A DNA stretch of 64,000 nucleotides from the NCBI RefSeq assembly GCF_006345805.1, contig NC_043011.1:20720464-20784463 (forward strand), written 5' to 3'. The translations under genes and the position numbers were made by a program. Positions 26,762-38,509 of this stretch are shown here, piece by piece. Within the stretch, counting starts at the first letter, position 1; each line of letters opens with the position of its first letter. The notes under the pieces are model-generated. The model saw nothing but the letters and a program-made list of their open reading frames with translations. It ran no database searches and was not told where the DNA came from. The stretch is from Octopus sinensis (Eukaryota).

Positions 26762-27367
26762 CAGGCAAATGTCACTGCCCTTAACTACGTGTTTTAACTA
26801 GAGAAACATTACAGTATCAATATCAAGATATGACCTGCATATCTCTTGGCAGGTAATTCTGATAACCTCTAGTGTAACACATCCATGCTTAATAAACATT
26901 AAATCATTACTAAAGTGTCTAGAATAAACAAATGCATGTTTATTTTAACATCTGCATATTCTGTCTTTTGTTATTTGTGTTTATTTTTAAAATGTACTAC
27001 TTATTATAATTCCATTCACATCTGCAATACTTTAGAGAAATATTAAGCCAACCCAGTATTTATACTCCATTTTATCTACCATGGAAGGTTAAAAAGTAAT
27101 GTTTGGTGGGGTTTGAAATCAGGACATAAAGTGCCATAACTAAATAACATGGGTATTTTATACAAAGCTCTAAGAATTCTGCTAAATGACTTGTAGAAAT
27201 AGTTGCCATTTCTCCCTCAAATGATATTCTACTGTTTTAAAGGAAGAAAACTTGAGATAATATAGTTTCTCATATACAAAACGATGAAATGGTTACAGCT
27301 TGAATCAGACAACTGCATTAGTATTTATTTTTTTTATCAATCATTTGTGTGTGTGTGTGGATATAAA

Positions 27368-27808
27368 GTACTTACTTGTACTTGTGGCGACATTCACCCT
27401 GGGCGGGTTGAGTCGGCTTCTTCTACCACCCTCGAGGCATCTCGAACCATGGCAGCCCACGCATGACGGTCCTGCGGCAGTTCACTGGAGATAGCGAGCC
27501 AGTCACGGTTCCATCAGCGCAGGCTGACCACCTGCAGACCCATGAGCACAGAGAGGTCCTCCTTTATCGTCATAGTCCAGGTCTTCAGCTGCCCGCCCGC
27601 GTGTTTCCGCCAGTTGGGAGAAGGACATCACGGCTCAGTTCACCCACCGGACGCCTACATGCATGGCCAAACCACCGCAAGTACCATTGCAGAAGGACAG
27701 ATAGAAGGGGCCATAGAGACAGGCAAAGTCGGAGATTGGCGGTGGGAACTCGATCCACCGACGCAGCGAAGAATGCACCGGAGGCAGTCATTGTCAAAGA
27801 CACCTGGA
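27368..27808 (-). mobile_element. RTE-type LINE 3' end, a different family
   Basis: VFDNDCLRCIL...WRKHAGGQLKTW..TIKEDL...QDRHAWAAMVRDA; short (CAAGTA)-type tail. Confidence 0.7.
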
Positions 27809-29633
27809 TATAAGGTGGCCAACTGGCAGACTTGTTAGCACACCAGACAAAATGCTTAGTGGAATTTTGTCCACCTTTACTTTCTGAGTTCAAATTTCAT
27901 CAAGTTTAGCTTTGCCCTTCATCCTTTCAGGGTTGATAAAAGAAGTACCAGTTGAGCACTAGGGTCAATCTAAACAACCTATCCCACTCCCAAAATTGCT
28001 CTGGAAGCAATATATATGTGTGGGTATATATTTGTGTCTCCTTGTCTGGATATCACATGATGGTTCAACTCTGCAAGAGATAGCATTATCTTTTTTTCTC
28101 CTGTTGATTACATAAATACCAATATAATTGCCAACATTTGATGTCAATACTCAATAAAGTTGGATACTATGTATATACATATTTCTTTACTACCCACAAG
28201 GGGCTAAACACAGAGGGGACAAACAAGGACAAACAAAGGGATTAAGTCGATTACATTGACCCCAGTGCATAACTGGTACTTAATTTATCGATGAAAGGAT
28301 GAAAGGCAAAGTCGACCTTGGCGGAATTTGAACTCAGAACATAGTGGCAGACGAAATACTGCTAGGCATTTTGCCCGGCGTGCTAACGTGTCTGCCAGCT
28401 CGCCACCTATGTATATACTACATAGTATATACAGTAAGGCAAATCAGTTTCTGCTTCGAAATTTCAATTCATGGCTGAAATCATTTCATGCCCCATTACT
28501 TTAGAACTACTTAAATTCCCTATTAGTACCAACTTAATTCCGTCTTTGGCTTGAATAGCCACCTCAGATACCGGCACCTGTCGCACACATCAAGATGAAG
28601 AGGCTGAATCAATCACTACAGATTAACAGCTCAGATACAAGTTAATGCCAACAATGATGACCAGCTTAATAAACTATAATTATGGCTGTGTGGTAAGTAG
28701 CTTGCTTACGAACCACAAGGTTCCGGGTTCAGTCCCACTGCCTAGCACCTTGGTATCTGAGGTGGCTATTCAAGCCTCGGGCTGACCAAAGCCTTGTGAG
28801 TGGATTTGGTAGACGGAAACTGAAAGAAGCCCATCGTATATATGTATGTATGTATATATATATATGTATATGTGTATGTGTGTGTGTATGTATGTATGTG
28901 TGTGTATATGTTTGTGTGTCTGTGTTTGTACCCCCAACATCGCTTGACAACCGATGCTGGTGTGATTACGTCCCCGTAACTTAGCAGTTCGGTAAAAGAG
29001 ACCAATAGAATAAGTACTAGGCTTACAAAGATTAAGTCCTGGGGTCGACTAAAGACGCTGCTCCAGCATGGCCACAGTCAAATGACTGAAACAAGTAAAA
29101 GAGTAAAGAGTATTGAAATATAATTGCAGTGAATATTGCTTCTACCTCTCTCACCTTCCTCCTGCCATACAGATATTTACCATCAACCACCTTTGTTCAT
29201 TGCTCACTGCATTCACCCTTACCCAACCTGCCCTCTGTCGCTCTCCTTCCACTCTTACGAAATTGCCTACTCTATCCTTCCCCCATATTCTCTCATATTT
29301 ATCTTCTTGTACCTTGAGACTACATTCCTGCGACATGTCACCACTATCTTCATCTTCCAGCTATTTCTACCCACTCTTATAAAATACGAAGTAGCCGTAT
29401 ATCTCCTCTGTTGCAAGACATCTTTGCTTGTCTCTCTCTATCATACTTTAGCCTTTTAACACCTGGCATAAAACCATCTCCTCTTCTGTCAAATACCCTT
29501 TCACGTAATCAAGGGAGAATTTTGGCAACCTTGCTAATGCTGGTCTCACGAAATAAGATGCAGCCAGCACACACTGTAAAGTGGCTTGCATTAGGAATTA
29601 GGAAGGGTATTCAGTCACAGAAAATATACCATA

Positions 29634-29867
29634 GGGCGACGAGCTGGCAGAATCGTTAGCACACTGGGCGAAATGCTTAGCCGTATTTCGTCTGCCGTTA
29701 CGTTCTGAGTTCAAGTTCCGCCGAGGTCGACTTTGCCTTTCATTCTTTCGGGGTCGATAAATTAAGTACCAGTTATGCACTGGAGTCGCTATAATCGAGT
29801 TAATCCCTTTGTCTGTCCTTGTTTGTCCCCTCTGTGTTTAGCCCCTTGTGGGCAATAAAGAAATAAG
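29634..29867 (+). mobile_element. Second tRNA-derived SINE family; other copies at ~1179-1395(-), 4232-4448(-), 10192-10422(+), 15078-15490(+), 27810-27990(+), 28180-28407(-), 38495-38731(-), 39436-39664(-), 40298-40516(-), 41220-41448(-), 43462-43852(-, dimer), 45774-46175(+, dimer)
   Basis: gagctggcagaa head, gagttcaaattcc B box, central gcctttcatcctttcggggtcgataaa domain; TSDs seen, e.g. cgcaatcatagtt (38482/38732) and aatattctatttgttt (45758/46176). Confidence 0.88.
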
Positions 29868-30781
29868 AAACTATACCATAGCTAACATTGGAGGTCGACT
29901 CGGTTCTGAAGCTTGTTGAATCCATTTAAGACATGTTAAATAATAATGATGATGACAGAAATCTTGAACACATGCTGTGAATTGAGGGCATTTCGTTTAG
30001 ATTTACTAGATTTAATTAGTCAATAATAGTGCATCATCACACAGGAAGATACAGCACGGGGGATTTTATCAGGCGGATAGTACACTGTCAATATTTAAAA
30101 CACAAGAGGAATCCCCACTTCACAACCAATATTTTCAATCACAGAAAGCCAAAATATGTACATAGTAATGACGAGTTATTTCCCCTGTTATTTCCCTTAT
30201 ATCAGGTGGACTTCAAGATCTTAATCCATTCATTCATTTGAAAACTCGGAACGATAATTTTAGACGATCGGAAAACAAGAAAACAAGAAGCCTTACCCAA
30301 AAGCAGTGGGTGTAATATAAAAGTTGATGAAGAGAGGCGTGCCAGTTTGCACGAAGCAATAAATAAGAATCCATCAATCTCTTTGCGAAAGACAAACGAG
30401 GACATGAGATTTGTCACAAAAACCACTTGAAAGCGATAGTTGCATGTCAAAAAAAAAAAAAACACAAAAAAACACGTAGCAGGTTCACATTGTTAACATG
30501 ACAAATAATATGTTATGTTTTCTATTTAGATAAATATTATTGTGTTAATTTCACTTTGAAGAGATAAAGTCTCGTTTTGTGCTGTCGTTAATGTCTAGCC
30601 CCTTGTCAAACCTGATCTGGTAAACTTATGATCAAAAGCATTATAGTCATGGCTATTTCATCTTTTCAGATTTGGAGTATCTCAGACTATATTATTCGAT
30701 GCATCGCTTTTAAAGACTGTAGGAGTGGGATCTGGGAGAGATTTGTCTACTATTTCTAGCAGGTCAAATTACTGCATAGAA

Positions 30782-31847
30782 CAGGGGCTCTCAACCATTT
30801 TTAACTCCGCTCTGGCAGAGGTGGAAATATTGTTTACAGTCGTTTGTTTTGTTTGCTTGTTTGTCCGTGGACAAGATATCTCAAGAACAGCTGGATGGAT
30901 TCGGATGAAACTTTCAGGGATGTTTGGTCTCGTGGCTGGCACAAACTGATTAGATTCTGGATTATTTTCCCTGTTACTTAGTTTTTGAGCACAGTGGGGT
31001 TCGTTTTTAGCATTCTCGTTTGAGAGCAGTCCAGCTTATTTCAGATATTCTCATTTTTAAAAAATCATCTCTGGCTAATCGTTGAAAGGACGTTGGTGTT
31101 GCCTTGGCGGAGGTTTGCGCTCTCAGAATGCTCTTGTTTATCTATGAACCCCTTTGATTACTATTTTATTCTGGTCGACCCCTATACCCATTCCATGTTT
31201 AAAAGCTAGTTTTATAGAAACTTCTTTCAAAATTTCTATTTTGTTTTTCACATGTTAAATTGTGTAGGTTGAACTATTCTTTTACCTGTTTCAGTCATTT
31301 GACTGCAGTCATGCTGGAGCACTACCTTAAAGGGTTTTAGTTGAAGAAATCGACCCCAGGACAAATTCCTTTGTAAGCCTAGTGTGGTAGCTCAATACTA
31401 CACCTAGCCCTTTTTCGGTTGGTTTCTTTTGCCGAACTACTAAGTTACTGGAATGTAAACGCACCAATATCAGTCGTCAAGCAATGGTGGGGTGGGGGGA
31501 CAAACAGACGCATAAATATATACGATGGGGTTTTTTTCCGTCTCTGTCTACCAAATCTATTCACAAGACTTTTGTCGGCCCAAGGAAGACACTTGTCCAA
31601 GGTGTCACACAGTGGGATTGAACTGGAACCATGTGGTTGGAAAGCAAGCTGTTTAGCACTCAGCTACGCCTGCACCCTTGTAAAATGTTAGAGAAAGAAA
31701 CCTAGCTGTTTCTTCCAATAAATACCTATACATATGAAGCAAAAGTTTTTTTCAGAAGTCCTTAAAACACTATCGTGGATCCCCAATTTACTATTTTGGT
31801 GTGTGAACCCCCTAAAATCTTATATGGACCCTGGTTGAAAACTACTG
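30782..31847. mobile_element. hAT-like MITE carrying two nested insertions
   Basis: Ends caggggctctcaacca / tggttgaaaactactg; contains a HINE-like element and a SINE (~31277-31670). Confidence 0.6.
30803..31138 (+). mobile_element. Helentron-associated (HINE/DINE-1-like) element
   Basis: 5' ctccgc..gcagag hairpin, (GTTT)n microsatellite, subterminal ggcggagg, 3' gcgctctcagaatgc hairpin, T-rich flanks. Confidence 0.6.
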
Positions 31848-32505
31848 GCTGAGATTCTCCCTCGGTGGTTTTTCTACAAGTTAGCCTTATTTCATGGTAC
31901 AAGTTACCCTGACTTCCCTCTATATTTATTAATAAATTCGACATCCTCTGAATGCAGGAATAATACATGCCAATGAGGAGGCCTCTACAGAGTCGCTCAA
32001 CATGTTAGAAATAACAGTCAAAATTTCTCAAATTATACCCTACTTCTAATAACTCAGGAGACTAGATAATTTTTCTTAATACCAAGAACAAATATAAAGA
32101 AACAACAAGTACAGTAGTTAGCCTGTCTGACTAGCTGCTGTGGTTATTAATGTATATGGCATTTGAGGTTGAAAGTTTTCTTTTCCATGTGTGGAAGAAT
32201 TGCTCTCTTACATATATATTGTTTCCAAGTTCTTATTTTGGGATAAATGCATATTCTTTTGTTTGGATATCGTCTGTTTATATCATTTGATGCCTAACTT
32301 CACTACTATCATCATTTTCATCATAATATAGGCGTAAGAGTAGCTGTGTGGTAAGTAGCTTGCTAACGAACCACATGGTTCCGGGTTCAGTCTCACTGCA
32401 TGACACCTTGGGCAAGTGTCTTCTACTATAGCCTTGGGCTGACCAAAACTTTGTGAATGGATTTGGTAGACGGAAACTGAAAGAAGCCCATTGTATATAT
32501 GTATA

Positions 32506-32591
<86 letters not shown>

Positions 32592-32789
32592 AATAGGTGA
32601 ATGAATTATCCTATGTTTATAGTCAGCATGGAAAATTCGTTGAACCGATACCAGGGTAGCAAATTCACGTCAGAAACACGGTTGAAGCGACCTGTCCAAG
32701 GTTAGAAACTCTGGGTTCATGTGCAGAAATTTGTGTGTTGTATATGAATAAATGAAAGAATGGAGTCGAACGAAGATGTTAACAAAATT

Positions 32790-32883
32790 CCTTTACTCTC
32801 GACATATGTTTCAAAGACAACATGGTTTCATTCCAAAGGAATAAAGGGTACATTATGCAATCTTCTCATCAGGAAAGAAAGGG
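32790..32883 (-). ncRNA. Type I hammerhead ribozyme motif with GUC cleavage triplet
   Basis: ccctttctttc-CTGATGA-gaaga...tcttt-GAAAC-ATAT-GTC-gagagtaaagg; predicted cut between 32801 and 32800. Confidence 0.8.
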
Positions 32884-33069
32884 AGCCTCTCTCGACAACA
32901 AGACAAACAAAAATTTTGATGACTGCCTACATGGTAAACAACAGGATAATGAGAGTTTTTTAAAAAACCGTTAGAAGAATTGACGTCAAAGATAGATAGT
33001 AGGAAGAGAAGGGTTAAAGGAATAATAGGTAGGGAACAAGTGGAGAGGGAAGGGTACGTTGATTAAAAG

Positions 33070-34787
33070 AATGACACCTCCTTCTACTCCCCTCTGCCCT
33101 CTAACCCCACACGTAGCTACCAACAGACGGTATCCTCTACTGTCCACGACCTCATCTCGTCCTCCCATCTCCCCCACACCGCATCCAACCTAATTGTGCG
33201 AACCCCACGTACCCCCACCATTTACTTCCTCCCCAAAATCCACAAACCCAACAACCCTGGCCGCCCCATCGTCTCCGCCTGTAACTGCCCCACGGAGCTC
33301 ATCTCTAAATACCTCGACCGTGTCCTTGCCCCCCTAGTGGCATCTCTTCCCTCCCACATCCACGATACCAACCATGCTCTCCGGCTTTTCAACTCTTTCT
33401 CCTTTCCTCCCGGCTCCTCCAAAATCCTTTTTACTATGGACATCCAAAGCCTCTATACTGTTATCCCTCACCACGAAGGACTGCAGGCCCTTCGACACTT
33501 TCTTGACCTCCGCTCCAACCCTGTACCTGACACCTCCACACTCATTCGTCTGGCCGAACTTGTCCTTACTCTGAACTGCTTCTTGTTCGCAGGCGAGTTC
33601 TACCATCAGGTCTCGGTAGTGGCCATGGGAACGCGAATGGGCCCCAACTATGCGAACCTGTTCGTTGGCTATGTTGAGGCCCAAATATTCTCTAATTTCA
33701 CTGGTCCCACTCCTGAACTATATGGTCGTTACATTGACGACATTATCGGTGCCACCTCACTCTCCCGTGAACATCTAGATTCCTTCCTCTCTTTCGTCCA
33801 ATCTTTCCATCCAGCCCTCCACTTCACTTCCACTATCTCCAACACCTCTGTCTCCTTCCTCGACATTTCGGTTAGCATTCTTCACTCCACTCTTACCACC
33901 TCCATTCACTACAAACACACAGACTCACACTCATACCTCAACTTCTCTTCCTCCCACCCAGAACACACCAAGCTTTCCATCCCCTATTCCCAATTCCTCC
34001 GTCTACGTAGGCTCTGTAGCGACGACCATGACTTTGAGACTCAGTCTCAACGTATGGCTCACCACTTCACCCTACGTGGATACCCCCTCACCACTATCCA
34101 CACCGCCCTTGCCAGAGCACGGTCCGTGGACCGTGTATCTGCTCTCTCTCCCCGAACCCGCCCTGTAGTCTCCCGCCTCCCTTTTCCCCTCACTTACCAC
34201 CCCACGACCCTACGTCTCCAACGCACCATTCTTCGAGCTTTCCGTCATCTCCAGTCCGACCCGTCCACTTCACACCTCTTCCCTAGCCGACCCCTCCCCT
34301 CTTTCAAACGAGCCCACAACCTTCGAGACCTTTTGGTCCATAGCTCTTTCCCTGACCCTACCTCCCAACCCGGCTCGTTCCCCTGCTCCCGCCCACGTTG
34401 CCGCACTTGCCCTTACCTCTCCAACACCACCCTCCTCACTAGCACCCACCATCGACCCTATCCCATCATCCACTCCTTCACCTGCACCTCCAGCAATATT
34501 ATCTATTGTGTCTCTTGCTCTCTCTGCCATTCCTTGTACATCGGACAAATGGGACGCCGCTTGGCTGACCGGTTCGCGGAACACCTTCGTGACATCCACC
34601 TTGCGAACGACACACCAGTCTCACGCCATTTCCGCTCCACCGGTCACTCCTTGCAACACCTATCTGTGTTCGGTTTGTCCTTACACAGAGGCCATCCGGA
34701 TTCCCGTTTGCGCCGTGAACAGGAATTAATCTTCTCTCTTTGCTCTTATACGCCATTTGGTCTCAACTCTCCCCCCTCCTCATCTAA
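33070..34787 (+). CDS. Penelope-like element polyprotein (RT + GIY-YIG endonuclease), 5'-truncated, Neptune-like
   Basis: Motifs LPKIHKP, GRPIVS, FTMDIQSLYTVIPH, AMGTRMGPNYANLF, YGRYIDD, Cys linker CSRPRCRTC, NIIYCVSC..C..LYIGQ.GRRLADRFAEH; frame is open from 33070; natural stop probably TAA 34785-34787, shifted by a 1-nt deletion (the paralog ends NSPPIFI*). Confidence 0.93.
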
Positions 34788-35614
34788 CCCCCCTCTCCCC
34801 CCTCCTCACCTATCCCCCCGACCCCTACTTCTTCAGTCCTTCATCCTTTCACCCCTACTCCCCTTCCCTTCTTCCCTCTTTCTCCCTCCCTCCTTCCCTC
34901 TGCTCCCTCACTCCCCTTCTCTCTCTCCCTCTCCTTCCTCCTCCCTTCCTTCTCCTCTCCCCCTCTCCCCCTCTTCTCCCCTCCCCCTCTCCCCCTCTCT
35001 CCCCTCCCCCTCTTCCTCCCTCTCCTATCCCCCTCCCCCTCTTCTCCTCTCTCCACACTACACCACACGACTTTACACATCACATCATATATGATGTGCC
35101 ATACTAATACATACACCAACTAATACATACTAATACGTACTAATATATACTAATACATACTAATACATACACCAACCCTATACATACACACGTCCAGACC
35201 TCTCATACGCACTTATACTCTCTCATACACACACACACGAACTTATACATACTAATACGTACTAATACATACTAATACATACTAATACATACACCAACCC
35301 TATACCTACGCACGTCCAGACCTCTCATACGCACTAATACTCTCTCATACACACACACACACACCCTTATACATACTAATACATACTAATACATACACCA
35401 ACCCTATACATACACACGTCCAGACCTCTCATACGCACTAATAGCTGGTCATTCAACCCTATTATCAACCCTATTATCTCCCCTTATTTCGCTCTCGCGT
35501 CTCATGTTTGATCTTTGACCTCTGGCCGAAATCAGATCGCCATGTTGATTCGTTGGTTACTGCACGCATTTTTTTTCTCTCCTTCCTTCTGTGTTTTTTT
35601 TTTCTCTCTGTGTA

Positions 35615-35652
35615 TCTTTCTGTTGAAGAGCGTAGGCTCGAAACGTTAAAGA
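35615..35652 (+). ncRNA. Minimal hammerhead-like motif in the PLE pLTR (CUGUUGA core variant)
   Basis: tcttt-CTGTTGA-a-gag-cgtagg-ctc-GAAACGTT-aaaga; loopless palindromic stem III (ACGT). Confidence 0.65.
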
Positions 35653-35750
35653 CTTGTTTTATTTATATTTCCTGAGCGTCATACTAATACAATTGTTTGT
35701 TTGTTTCCCACCTGCCTTCGTCTTTTGTCTATTTTCATAAAGCTTCCCGT

Positions 35751-35781
<31 letters not shown>

Positions 35782-37422
35782 ATATGTTTGTGTGTCTGTG
35801 TTTGTCTCCCCAACATCGCTTGACAACCGATGCTAGTGTGTTTACGTCCCCGTAACTTAGCAGTTCGGCAAAAGAGACCAATAGAATAAGTACTAGGCTT
35901 ACAAAGAATAAGTCCCGGGGTCAATTTGGTTGACTAAAAGTGGTGCTCCAGCATGACCACAGTCAAATGACTGAAACAAATAAAAGAATAATCGTCCTTG
36001 TTGTCATTGTCACTAATACCATCATCATCATCACTATGGAATTTTTTTTTGAGACCCCCTTCGGTCATGACTGACCATGGGATTGCACCTAGAAAGTTAC
36101 CCTCCCAGGCACAAGTCCGGGCAAGTTTGTTTATGGAAGACCAGCAGTCGCCCATGCATACCAGCCTCCCCTCTCCACACCACCAGTGTTATCCAAGGGA
36201 AAGACAACGGCAGATACAGCTTGGCACCTGTGACATCGCGACTCATTTCTACAGCTGAGAGAACTGGAGCAACGTGAAATAAAGTGTCTTGCTCAAGAAC
36301 ACAACACGCAGCCCGGTCCGGGATTCAAACTCACAACCTCATGATCATAAGCTCGACACTCTAACCATTGAGCCATGGAATTAAGGAAAGAGATAGCTTA
36401 AGCTCTGATTGTAACAATAAAATGCAAAGTTGGCTCTGGTAAGTCTTCAATTTGTAAAACAAGAAATCACAAATTCAAAGGACTCCGGTACTCTATCATT
36501 TTTTTCAAACTTTTCTCCCTCTACACAAGTGGTGGTGATGATTGTGATGGTGATGTTTTATTACATATGCTCCAGGTCGTGACTGGTTAAGAAGTTCATT
36601 TTGCAATCGCAATGTCCTGATTTCAATCCCACTGTGTGGCATCTTGAGTAAGTATGCTTTACCATAGTCTCTGGGTGATCTAAGCTTTGTAAGTGTAATC
36701 AGATGGATTGTACTTGTAATTCAAAGCTCCAGCCTTGTCACACACTGTGTCAACTGCTCTGCCTGGAAAGTATGTTAAGACCACATGTGTGTGGAATGCT
36801 CAACAAGTTCATTGTAACTAGAATGAGTAGGTAATTCATTTGATTGAACATCTGAATACCCATCACTGGCACCAAATGAGTTCCACCTACATATCATATG
36901 CTAAAAGCCACAAATTAGTGACCTAACCTCTGTAATTAAAGTCAGTTGAATTATTAACGTAGTATTACACACTTGATTTCTATCAACCCTGGAGTGATGA
37001 AACATAACATTGACTCCCTACAGGATCTGAACTCTGAGTAAATGTAAATTCAAACCAAATATAAGTTGGACATCATAAATCTGACAACCATGATGTTTGT
37101 CCATTGCTGCACTCTAGAAAAATGAGAGAAAACAGAATCTCACCCCAAAAGAAGTCCTTATCTACACAGCCTTGCCATCTCGTTATACACCTATGTTGGT
37201 GTCTTATCACAGCTAGAATGAAGCTTGAAATAGGGTTGAATAAAAACTTCGTTTTTATTCAGTGTAATCTCTCAGATGATTAATTGTTCATCTCATCTTG
37301 CCAGAAATCCATATTTTTTTCTTTATCAGTTAAATGAAAGGAACTATGTTTATTGTCTTTATACACTTATTTGATTAAATTTTCTTTCTTTTAAATGATA
37401 TTTTATCAGTTATAATCCTTAA

Positions 37423-37473
37423 CATTCATATATAGCTGTTATTTTGATCTAGTTGGATCTCATCAGTATAATG
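37423..37473 (-). ncRNA. Decayed hammerhead motif
   Basis: cattata-CTGATGA-gatc...gatc-AAAA (GAAA lost, consistent with CpG decay)-...-tatgaatg. Confidence 0.5.
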
Positions 37474-37688
37474 TCAAGAATCTTGAGTCTACTAAACAAT
37501 ACATTACATTAAATTAAATTATTAGCTTTGTATAAGTAAAGTTAATGATAAGTTCATTAATAGCATAAAAGAGAAAGAGAACAGTAAGCCATAAAGATGG
37601 TTATAATTATATAAATACAAATGTATACACACATAAAATGTTTTAGAAATTGCATAAGCAACATGCCCACCAAATATATTTTATTCAA

Positions 37689-38095
37689 AACTCGCAGTAT
37701 CGCCTGGCGTTGCTCGGGTTTGTAAGGGAAATAACTATATAAGCATTTTTAGAGATGTAAAGTATAATAGCCATTTCAATATGGCTAACCACAAAGGGGG
37801 GGGGGTTACTGTAGCTTTTTATGTTCTGAGATTTAATAATAAATTTTTAGAGAGTTACTTCCCTTATATATGCCAAAAATGCATTAAAAATGGGAAAAAT
37901 TGATGGTAAATTTTTTTTTAAATCGTAGACTCATCGTAGACTCATCGTAGATGCGCGCTAATACCCAGAAGGGCTCGATATGAATCACAACTATAAGATA
38001 CCCGGTTTTGGTTAAACTGCACCGCAAAATGTGGGAGTAGTTAGGAATCTAAATCGTAGGAGACAGACGGCACACAACCTCTCTTTTATATATTC
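37689..38095 (-). mobile_element. Non-autonomous Helitron-like element
   Basis: 3' hairpin cccgagcaacgccagg followed by a CTAG-like end; 5' atatataaaag + (GT)/(CTGT). Confidence 0.55.
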
Positions 38096-38189
38096 AAAAT
38101 ATGAACAGGAATATATTTAACGAAAGAGAAATAAGAAAAAAACAAAAAAGCAGCAATGCTGTACTGCGTGCTTTAATTGGCTGCACACA

Positions 38190-38400
38190 GAACCTACTGA
38201 AGCAAGCCAGTTTGCTCACAGCATTACCACAGACGATGACGATACTAAGGCATTGGAGAAGCCAAGCACCCTCATGGACATCACCTGACAAAGATGACAA
38301 GAACTTTGCCATTAGCGACCCAGTTCTTCTAAACATCACAGGCTGGAAGATATAGTTCACTGGCAGGGTTTTGCTCCATTCAGCTCCAGTAAACCTAGCT
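38190..38400 (-). mobile_element. CRE-like non-LTR retrotransposon C-terminal (restriction-like endonuclease) remnant
   Basis: NYIFQPVMF..TG...SGDVHEGAWLLQCLSIVIVCGNAVS resembles the recalled CRE C-terminus F.P.A.ET.G...GD.RE..WL.QRLSIAI.RGNA. Confidence 0.55.
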
Positions 38401-38509
38401 TGAAATTTACATACAGGTTGAAATATTATTCAAAACAGTCCAGTTCATATCTTCCTTGTTATTATAACAAATGCAGTTCTTCGCAATCATAGTTATATAT
38501 TTCATTATT

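Larger units (their letters stand above)
32592..35750. mobile_element. Composite PLE insertion: inverted 3' terminus of one PLE family (32592-33069, -) joined to the Neptune-like element with its 3' UTR/pLTR (33070-35750, +)
   Basis: Both ends abut (TA)n; hammerhead motifs at 32790-32883(-) and 35615-35652(+); CT-rich tract and tandem repeats in the 3' UTR. Confidence 0.8.

Noticed and set aside
29113-29500. Overlapping ORFs in a C/T-rich segment
   Set aside because: No recognisable motifs; probably a decayed retroelement piece that I could not classify
34788-35094. Pro/Ser/Leu-rich C-terminal extension of the 632-aa ORF
   Set aside because: Read-through into the CT-rich UTR after a probable 1-nt deletion; the paralog at 6584-6778 stops right after NSPPIFI
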